Of a stretch of 10,445 nucleotides of DNA, positions 1-6,265 are shown piece by piece. Origin of the DNA: Thermoproteota archaeon (GTDB lineage Archaea; Korarchaeota; Korarchaeia; Korarchaeales; Korarchaeaceae); NCBI GenBank assembly GCA_015522685.1, contig WALU01000023.1, positions 1 to 10,445 of the forward strand, given 5' to 3'. Within the stretch, counting starts at the first letter, position 1; the number at the start of each line of letters is the position of its first letter. The position numbers were made by a program, and so were the translations under genes. The notes below the pieces were generated by a model. It was not told where the DNA came from and did not search any database. It saw nothing but the letters and a program-made list of their open reading frames with translations.

Positions 1-424
1 GTAAGGACTCCCTATGCTTAACTTCAGGCAATACTCCATATAACAAAATTACATCCACACTTTCATCTGGTAATCCTGTGTAACCGTCTGAGGATATTGT
101 ACTTATGTTACGCAATCCTTCTTTTTGGGCCTTTTCTTTAATCTTCCTTATAGCTAACGGTTGTTTGTCTAAAGCGTAAACTTTACCATTTTCACCTACC
201 AGCTTGGCAGCTGGGAAAGTGTAGGTGCCAATGCCGCATCCATAATCCAATATTTTCTGCCCTTCTTTTAGATTGAGTTTGCGTATTTCGTCTCCTGGTT
301 TGAAGGGTATGCCGATCTTACCTCTTAATCCCAAAAGGAAATATTCTAGTCTAGCTTGAAGCTCAGCTGCGAACTTCACCAGCTCCCTCTTCGTTCTCTC
401 GCTCACCTGTATGGTCGTGAGCAT
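1..424 (-). CDS. Class I SAM-dependent methyltransferase with N-terminal RHH/VapB-antitoxin-like segment (3' end runs off window; absent from ORF track)
   Basis: Manual translation from ATG 424, no stop to base 1: MLTTIQVSERTKRELVKFAAELQARLEYFLLGLRGKIGIPFKPGDEIRKLNLKEGQKILDYGCGIGTYTFPAAKLVGENGKVYALDKQPLAIRKIKEKAQKEGLRNISTISSDGYTGLPDESVDVILLYGVLPEVKHRESL. Contains motif I (ILDYGCGIG), acidic end of beta2 (VYALD) and LPDESVDVI. Confidence 0.9.
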   Translation of the reverse strand, partial: MLTTIQVSERTKRELVKFAAELQARLEYFLLGLRGKIGIPFKPGDEIRKLNLKEGQKILDYGCGIGTYTFPAAKLVGENGKVYALDKQPLAIRKIKEKAQKEGLRNISTISSDGYTGLPDESVDVILLYGVLPEVKHRESL

Positions 425-431
425 CACTCTA

Positions 432-461
432 CTATAGCTGCTATAGAATATATATTTTCTG
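432..461 (-). promoter_or_regulatory. Archaeal promoter (BRE/TATA-like) with palindromic operator for the 424 ORF
   Basis: Minus strand reads AGAAAATATATATT about 25-35 nt upstream of ATG 424. A perfect inverted repeat CTATAGC-T-GCTATAG (432-446) lies between this box and the start. Confidence 0.55.
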
Positions 462-744
462 TTATCACTATGGCGAGGAAATGTTCCATTCTGGTGGATG
501 TTTTATGACTTTTATAATATTCCTGAGCATTATTTGCCTCATTATAGCAGCACTAGAACTCTTAGAGAGTTCGAGCCCTTCTGTAAATTGATTTTTCAGC
601 AGATTAGCAGATTAGAGTAATAAGTATCAAATTTTTAGCATGCGTTTTCATAGAGTATGCACCTACGCCCATTAATATTATTAGCTATTCCCTAGGATTT
701 GGCTTGAATGCTGGTCATCAAGCTAAAATGGAATACTTAGCAGG

Positions 745-1029
745 TTGAGGGATGAGTTATCTAAAATCTCAGGGGCTAAACTCGCTATAGTTTTCGGCTC
801 TGTCGCTAAAGGAGATTATAGGTCTGACAGCGATATTGATATCCTGCTTGTCGCAGATGATTCTGCATCAGCTAAGAGAATAGCCAGAAAGATTTCCTCT
901 AACATATTTGCTGAGACAGGAGTGCCTGTAACTGTGGTGGTTGTCTCTTCGAGCGATTACCTCAGTGAACAGACATCTCTCATAAAGAGGACAAGGAAGG
1001 AGGAGAGGTTCATCCTTTGGAAGGGATAA
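745..1029 (+). CDS. Minimal nucleotidyltransferase (MNT, MntA-type antitoxin of a HEPN/MNT pair)
   Basis: 94 aa with exact GSX10DXD motif (FGSVAKGDYRSDSDIDIL). The TTG start is uncertain because an in-frame TAA lies at 724-726. Confidence 0.88.
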   Translation: MRDELSKISGAKLAIVFGSVAKGDYRSDSDIDILLVADDSASAKRIARKISSNIFAETGVPVTVVVVSSSDYLSEQTSLIKRTRKEERFILWKG

Positions 1030-1152
1030 GTGAAACTAAAGCTCTCATGGAAAATCTGATTCTGAAGTCAAAGATTTAGTGGAAAGTTCGTGAAGAGAAT
1101 GAAGGAACTGATAGATGATATTTTAAGGAAATCTTCGCAAGCTCGGGGATGA
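1017..1152 (+). pseudogene. Internally deleted HEPN-domain toxin remnant
   Basis: TTG 1017 overlaps the MNT end and reads MEGISETKALMENLILKSKI* (stop 1077-1079). Other frames give SEVKDLVE and GKFVKRMKELIDDILRK (1081-1152), resembling a HEPN terminal helix. Only ~135 nt, with no RX4-6H motif. Confidence 0.55.
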
Positions 1153-1290
1153 CACTTAGTAATAACTTCAACGTTGCTGATGAGAGAGGGTATAAGAGCT
1201 TAGTTTTGAAACTAATTAGGTCTAGGAAGTTAGATCTAGTGAGGTATAAAAATTATGCCGAGTCATGTTTAACATGTATATCAGATTACA

Positions 1291-1302
1291 GAATATTTAT
1301 TA
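1291..1302 (+). promoter_or_regulatory. TATA-like box for the abrB-vapC operon
   Basis: GAATATTTATTA ends about 21-24 nt upstream of ATG 1323/1326, consistent with a leaderless archaeal transcript. Confidence 0.45.
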
Positions 1303-1303
1303 C

Positions 1304-1337
1304 ATGAAAGCTGAATATCAGTATGATGAAAGCTGAA
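1304..1337 (+). repeat. 12-bp direct repeat ATGAAAGCTGAA x2 (1304-1315, 1326-1337)
   Basis: Exact copies with a 22-bp period, spanning the expected transcription start and the first codons of the antitoxin. Confidence 0.8.
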
Positions 1338-1574
1338 GAAATTCAGGTACGTGTAGGAAAGAGGAGAACCCTGTACCTTCCAGCAAAGGTAACAAGGAAG
1401 CTGGATATCTCTGAGGGAGATGTATTAATCATGCGAGTAGAGAATGGGAAGATAATCCTCGAGCCCATCCCTAAACTCTTGGTGAGGAGGAAGAAGTGGG
1501 CTAGTACTACCCTAGAAGAATTCGAAGCAGAGTCAGAGGCACTTTCAGAGGAGATGGAAGGTGAGCAGACCTAA
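1323..1574 (+). CDS. vapB: AbrB/MazE/SpoVT-family DNA-binding antitoxin
   Basis: VRVGKRRTLYLPAKVTRKLDISEGDVLIMRVENGKIILEP is a swapped-hairpin signature. Acidic C-terminal tail. Overlaps the PIN gene by 14 nt. Confidence 0.9.
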   Translation: MMKAEEIQVRVGKRRTLYLPAKVTRKLDISEGDVLIMRVENGKIILEPIPKLLVRRKKWASTTLEEFEAESEALSEEMEGEQT

Positions 1575-2031
1575 GCTGGTGCTGGATACTACTTACATCC
1601 TCCCATTCTTCGGTATTGAGGTAAGGGGGATAAGTGAAGAAACTGTTTCCTCGCTTAAGGGTAGATTCGAACTGATATATCCAGTAATACTCCTTCCTGA
1701 ATTATGGGCTAAGGTAGTGAGAGAGGCTGAAAGGAGGAAGATCAAGGAAGTACCTGAGGAGGCAAGAACAGCACTTGTAGCACTTTTAGTGGGATCCGAC
1801 ATCAAGGTGGAGCCTCCAAGCTCAACTCAGATGATGGTTGCTGCAGATCTACGTCTGTTAGGCCATAAGGACATGTTTGACTGCCTCGGATATGGATGCG
1901 CTGTAGCAGTTGGAGGCACATTCTTGACCGAGGATAGAGATCTTAGGAAGTTTCTGAAGGAGAAAATCCATAGAAGATACGGCGCAGCAGCTCTATCCAT
2001 GAAAGAGCTGCTAGAGAGAAGGAAGTTGTGA
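1561..2031 (+). CDS. vapC: PIN-domain ribonuclease toxin (VapC)
   Basis: Acidic active-site residues in LVLDTT, LPELW, DMFDC and LTEDRDL. Coupled directly downstream of an AbrB-type gene. Confidence 0.9.
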   Translation: MSRPKLVLDTTYILPFFGIEVRGISEETVSSLKGRFELIYPVILLPELWAKVVREAERRKIKEVPEEARTALVALLVGSDIKVEPPSSTQMMVAADLRLLGHKDMFDCLGYGCAVAVGGTFLTEDRDLRKFLKEKIHRRYGAAALSMKELLERRKL

Positions 2032-2150
2032 AAATATTTAGTTGAAAATTGACCTTACTTAAGCTAAATGAAAGGAAAGAATCAGTATTCCGCAGCTACA
2101 GAGAGATAGGTGTAGAGAGACTATTCTAGATTCAGATGAATTAGATCAAC

Positions 2151-2699
2151 CTACTCCTCCATCCATCTTGCATATTTCATAGAGAGCACGGTGAATAAGA
2201 TCAGGTAAACTATGTGAAGCGCTAAATAACCATGGATCGGGAGGATATCTAGTCCATCTTTGATGCCAACGGCATTTCTCATGAGAACTGCTGCAGGAGT
2301 TGTGGGAGAAGCTAGGGCCACTACCCTCAGTGGCATGGGGATCATGTCGAGAAGGAAGAATACCGGTGAGAAGAATGTGAGAAGGAGACCTACTACCTCC
2401 GAAACCCTCATCACGCTCAAGGGATCCTTGAGCCTCAGACCTATGTAGAAGCCCAAGGAGACCATGGTCAACCACGTGCTTATCATCATGAGTGTAAGGT
2501 AGATAATCTCAACTCCAGTTATATTCATTATTGCTACCAATACAATGGCAAGTAAGAGCGCACCAATGAACCTGAGGGAGGATGCTCCAATAGAGAAACC
2601 AATGGCAAATTCAAGGGGGTGGATTGGAAATGTCATGAAGAAATCCTTCCATTTACTCCTTATCCTTCAGTTAGAGAACTCTATAAGGAGTTGAAGCAT
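2151..2699 (-). pseudogene. ABC-2 type transporter permease, 5'-truncated with in-frame stop (open part 2151-2636)
   Basis: Hydrophobic helices with FFSPVFFLLDMIPMPLRVVALASPTTPAAVLMR, a typical ABC-2 C-terminal motif. The upstream frame reads MLQLLIEFSN*RIRSKWKDFFMTFP with TGA at 2669-2667. Shorter than the usual ~250 aa, and no ATPase gene is adjacent. Confidence 0.7.
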
Positions 2700-3373
2700 T
2701 AGTCCTCGGTCAGTTTTCTGTAAAGCCTTCTTCCAGCATTATTCCTAATACCTCCATTTCTCAGAGCAGAGATTATGAGATCCGGCCTATCTGTGGTTAT
2801 GGCATCAACTCTCATGGATGTTAGGGAAAGGGCTTGATCCACATCATTTACGGTCCAGACGTAGATGATCCCTCCTGCCTCCCTCAGGTTCTCTACTAAG
2901 TCCTCATCTACATAGGATAGCTCTACCGAGAGACCATCGGCTAGTGCATCCCTCATTACCTTGGCTGGGTCCACAGGTCTATCCTGAATGGATGCTAGAG
3001 TAGATATTCCTCTGAGCCTGGGCTTCAGATCTCTTAGGAGGTTATGATACTTGGAGCTTACGAGCACGCTACCTTCACTTGGCAGGGAGCTGAATATTAG
3101 TGGATCTACTTTGGGCGTCTTTAGATCTACCACCAAGGTCACGTTCCTCTCGAGGACCTCCTTAACTATCCTCTCAAGGGCATCTCCCTTAGGTTCTGAG
3201 AAGAATATTCTCCTAAGAATGGCCTCTCTTAGAGTGGCTGGCTTTATGCCTCCACTTCCATGCCTCACTTGGCTGCCTGCTATATCCACCTCCACGGCAT
3301 CGACACCTGATTGGAGGTAGAACCTCAGTTTAGTGAGGGTATTGGCTCTGTGACCTACGATTAAGGGATGCAT
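2699..3373 (-). CDS. Glycerophosphodiester phosphodiesterase (GDPD/UgpQ-like) family protein
   Basis: IVGHRANT, DAVEVDI, VRH, VVDLK, YVWTVND and VDAITTDRPD are characteristic GDPD motifs in the expected order. Confidence 0.92.
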   Translation of the reverse strand: MHPLIVGHRANTLTKLRFYLQSGVDAVEVDIAGSQVRHGSGGIKPATLREAILRRIFFSEPKGDALERIVKEVLERNVTLVVDLKTPKVDPLIFSSLPSEGSVLVSSKYHNLLRDLKPRLRGISTLASIQDRPVDPAKVMRDALADGLSVELSYVDEDLVENLREAGGIIYVWTVNDVDQALSLTSMRVDAITTDRPDLIISALRNGGIRNNAGRRLYRKLTED

Positions 3374-3431
3374 CTGTACGGCAAGCCATGAACTAATTTA
3401 AAAGTAGTTGAGGCGCCGCATTACAGTTAAT

Positions 3432-3888
3432 GTGCGTCCGCTATACCATGAAGCGATTAGCTGGAAGAAAGTGCTACTGAATCTCTACTTTAGGAAGGTT
3501 GAAGATGATGCGTTAGATATTGGAACCGGTTTTGGTGAGAACCTAGCTCTTCTAAAAGAGCCTTCCCAGGCTCTACAATAGTTAGTTAGTTTGTTAGTTT
3601 ATTTAGTGTAGATCCTAATTTCCCGGCCAGCAAGCACGCTAAGGGCTTATACTTCGTGCAGGCCATGGCTGAGCAGCTTTCCTTCAGGGATGAATCCTTT
3701 GATCTGTATCGTTAGTAATGATAATGCCATCATGTAAGGAGCATATAGAGTGCTTTAGAGGAGTTTAAGGATGCGCTTAAGTGTAAGGGATGCTTGATTT
3801 AATGGAATAGACTCCAGATTCAAAGTGCAACCCCATACGATACGATATGATATGGAGCTAAGATTTGCTTTGCTGAGCTACCTCTGAT
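3432..3888 (+). pseudogene. Degraded class I SAM methyltransferase (Methyltransf_11-like)
   Basis: Collinear fragments in shifting frames: GTG 3432 ...DALDIGTGFGENLALLK...* (stop 3579-3581); FSVDP...FVQAMAEQLSFRDESFDL; HHVRSI*SALEEFKDALKCKGCLI; ME*TPDSKCNP. A TATA-like TTTAAAA lies near 3397-3403. The 3' boundary is approximate. Confidence 0.85.
3579..3607 (+). repeat. Degenerate (TAGT)n tetranucleotide tract
   Basis: TAGT TAGT TAGT TTGT TAGT TTAT T TAGT, located at a frameshift in the methyltransferase pseudogene. Confidence 0.6.
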
Positions 3889-3910
3889 AAGTAGTGAACT
3901 AGGAATTAGC

Positions 3911-5368
3911 TCACAGGCCCAAGTGCTCAAGCATGCGATGATAGTAATCTACGGGCAGCAGGTTCCAGAAAGCTCTCTCTACAACCTCGGAGAGAGCTGG
4001 GTGTATGTGCATTCCATTGACCATTGCCATGTAGGTGGGATCCCTCGAGTACATGAGAGTCACTATCTCTTGTATCAAGATTGATGCATGGGGCCCTACT
4101 ATATGAGCTCCAACAATTGTTCCTGACTCCCTATCTACTACCACCTTGATGAAATAATCCTTAAGTCCCATAGCTTCTCCTCTAGCGGTATCTTCATATT
4201 TAGAGAACCCTATCAATACCCGGTCCTTACCTAACTGCCTGATTGCATCCTTTTCCTTCATGCCGACAGATGCTATTTCAGGGTGAGTGAAGACTGCATG
4301 AGGTATCGCATGATAGCTCATCTTGATCTTATGACCCATTATATTGTAGAATATGACTTTAGACTCATAGTTGGCGACATGCTTAAGCATATACTTACCG
4401 TTGGCATCTCCACACACCCATACTCCTGGCTGGGATGCCTCTAGATACTCATTGACTTTTATCCATCCGTGATCATCAGTTTCTATACCTGCCCGCTCCG
4501 GGTGAAGTATATCAGAATTTGAAGCCCTTCCTGCAGCTACCAAGATTTCATCCGCAACAAAACTTACTTCCTCTCCTGTCTTCCTATTTATGGCTATTAG
4601 TTCCTTCTTACCCTCTGAGGTCTTTCTAGCTTTGGCAACCTGGTGGTTAGTATATATCTCCAAGTATTTCTTCATCTCCCTCCTAGCCAGCCTTGAAATC
4701 TCCGGCTCCTCTTGAGATAGTATTTCAGGCAAATATTCAAGTATCGTAACTTTAGTTCCCATAGCTGAGAAGAAGTGACCAAATTCGGCTCCTATGTACC
4801 CACCACCGACTATTAGCAGGCTCTCTGGCTTCTTGAAGAGATGAAATATCGTGTCATTTGTCTGATAACCTACTTCCTCTATTCCCTCTATTGGGGGTAT
4901 GTATGGCTTGGATCCAGAGCACAGGAGGATGAGCTTTGATTTTATGATCTTGTCTCCAACCTTTAGAGTGTAAGGAGCAATGAACTCCGCCGCTTCAGGA
5001 TAATAGTCTATGCTAGGATGCTGACCCAGTCCTTTTCTTATCGTTTCAATCTCGGGATCTATCAGACTACGCATCCTCCTCATTACCTTCTCATAATCTA
5101 CTTTCTTTATCTCGACATCTATTCCGAATCTATGGGCATCGCTAGCGATCCTGTAGACATCAGCTGAATATACCAATATTTTAGATGGGATACAACCCCT
5201 CGTGAGGCATATCCCACCTGGATCGTCCTTATCTATGACAGCTACTCTCATATCAGGGTTTTGATTAATTAGACCGTCCACTATATTCATCGCACTTCCA
5301 CTACCGATGGCAATTAGATTGTACTCTATCGCTTCTTCACTTCTGCTCTCACTTTCACTCATAGGCAT
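3911..5368 (-). CDS. Class I pyridine nucleotide-disulfide oxidoreductase (dihydrolipoyl dehydrogenase-like)
   Basis: FAD-binding start LIAIGSGSA, redox-active GGICLTRGCIPSK, NAD(P)-binding IVGGGYIGAE, WVCGD, and C-terminal HIHPALSE acid-base motif. Start may be 5368 or 5362. Confidence 0.93.
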   Translation of the reverse strand: MPMSESESRSEEAIEYNLIAIGSGSAMNIVDGLINQNPDMRVAVIDKDDPGGICLTRGCIPSKILVYSADVYRIASDAHRFGIDVEIKKVDYEKVMRRMRSLIDPEIETIRKGLGQHPSIDYYPEAAEFIAPYTLKVGDKIIKSKLILLCSGSKPYIPPIEGIEEVGYQTNDTIFHLFKKPESLLIVGGGYIGAEFGHFFSAMGTKVTILEYLPEILSQEEPEISRLARREMKKYLEIYTNHQVAKARKTSEGKKELIAINRKTGEEVSFVADEILVAAGRASNSDILHPERAGIETDDHGWIKVNEYLEASQPGVWVCGDANGKYMLKHVANYESKVIFYNIMGHKIKMSYHAIPHAVFTHPEIASVGMKEKDAIRQLGKDRVLIGFSKYEDTARGEAMGLKDYFIKVVVDRESGTIVGAHIVGPHASILIQEIVTLMYSRDPTYMAMVNGMHIHPALSEVVERAFWNLLPVDYYHRMLEHLGL

Positions 5369-5375
5369 CCTTCAA

Positions 5376-5396
5376 GTTAATAACTATTTATTAAAA
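5376..5396 (-). promoter_or_regulatory. TATA box and overlapping inverted repeat upstream of the disulfide reductase
   Basis: TTAATAA-CTAT-TTATTAA (5377-5394) is a perfect 7-bp-arm palindrome. Minus strand TTTAATAAATA lies about 20-30 nt before the start. Confidence 0.45.
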
Positions 5397-5514
5397 GACC
5401 ATTACCTTAGTGAACTGCCCTTTCGGTGGTGGCAATCTCAAGCTCCGATCTGAGATACCGCTTTAACTGCCGCACTTATATTAATATACATACCAAACTC
5501 ACTGGAATGAATGA

Positions 5515-6192
5515 ATGGATAAATACTACATCTACTATCCTATCGCTATACTTATCCTTATGCTGCTCTTTTTATCTCTTCTACCCCTCATATTCCTCCT
5601 CTTCCTAGGAATTATAGGGAAGGCTTTCGTAAAGGTAGGTCTAACCCCATTTCAGACATGGACATTGCTGTTGGTATCTCTCGTAGGGAGCGCCATAAAT
5701 ATACCGGTAGCAGAGAAGAAAACTTACCAGCTTGTGGATCAAGTTAAGGTAATGAACTTCTTTAGGATCCAACTTCCACCTATTAATATGGAAAGGAGGG
5801 TTATAATAGCCGTAAACTTAGGCGGAGCAATCATTCCAGTGATATTCTCTCTTTACCTTCTATACAGGGTTGGATTGGGGCTAGGGATTTTGGCTTCCCT
5901 ATTGCTAGCCATCATAGTTTCATATACATTCAGTAAGCCCATTAGAGGATTAGGAATAACTATGCCTTTCTACATAGCTCCAATAGCAGCTGCTATTGGA
6001 TCGCTCCTTTTCACACCTAACCTAGCCGGTATAAGTGCATATATTTCTGGAACCTTGGGAACTCTGATAGGGGCCGATCTACTAAGGCTTAAGGATATAG
6101 ATAAGGTAGGAAGTGGATTCGTGAGTATTGGAGGCGCAGGAGTTTTCGATGGAATATTCCTCTCTGGGATCTTAGCGGTACTACTGAGCTAA
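5515..6192 (+). CDS. DUF1614-family integral membrane protein
   Basis: SLVGSAINIPV, IIAVNLGGAIIPV, GTLGTLIGADLL and SIGGAGVFDGIFLSGILAVLL are recognisable family motifs. Confidence 0.9.
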   Translation: MDKYYIYYPIAILILMLLFLSLLPLIFLLFLGIIGKAFVKVGLTPFQTWTLLLVSLVGSAINIPVAEKKTYQLVDQVKVMNFFRIQLPPINMERRVIIAVNLGGAIIPVIFSLYLLYRVGLGLGILASLLLAIIVSYTFSKPIRGLGITMPFYIAPIAAAIGSLLFTPNLAGISAYISGTLGTLIGADLLRLKDIDKVGSGFVSIGGAGVFDGIFLSGILAVLLS

Positions 6193-6194
6193 GC

Positions 6195-6236
6195 TCATCA
6201 CTAGCTTTACTGTGATGACCCATATGCAAGTTTTTA
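6195..6236 (+). terminator. Putative terminator: stem-loop plus T-tract
   Basis: TCATCAC-N10-GTGATGA (6195-6218) starts just after the DUF1614 stop and is followed by TTTTT at 6231-6235. The T-tract could instead belong to the TATA region of the next gene. Confidence 0.35.
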
Positions 6237-6265
6237 TTTACTATTAGCAGAATAAACCGATTAAA

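Noticed and set aside
599-616. 8-bp tandem duplication (GCAGATTA x2) as an IS target-site footprint
   Set aside because: The duplication is real, but no terminal inverted repeats or transposase are nearby; slippage explains it equally well.
1153-1220. Possible PIN C-terminal remnant (LVITSTLLMREGIRA / LSFETN)
   Set aside because: Resemblance is short, needs a frameshift and lacks the catalytic Asp pattern; not supportable without a search.
1324-1337. C/D-box sRNA motifs (TGATGA...CTGA), also TGATGA at 6213
   Set aside because: Spacing does not fit a ~50-60 nt C/D RNA, and the sites are explained by coding sequence or a hairpin arm.
2667-2669. In-frame TGA as selenocysteine or read-through
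   Set aside because: No catalytic Cys context or SECIS seen, and the gene is also 5'-truncated.
1593-3320. Track ORFs 1593-1805(-), 2146-2475(-), 2260-2448(+), 3051-3320(+)
   Set aside because: Antisense or alternate-frame shadows of vapC, the permease and GDPD, with no recognisable motifs.
3911-5368. Mercuric reductase MerA
   Set aside because: No C-terminal Cys-Cys pair, and the His of the HPxxxE motif is retained.
5448-5470. TPP-riboswitch-like CTGAGATACC
   Set aside because: The downstream CUGAU and UAAU...CG core is absent and no thiamine gene is adjacent.
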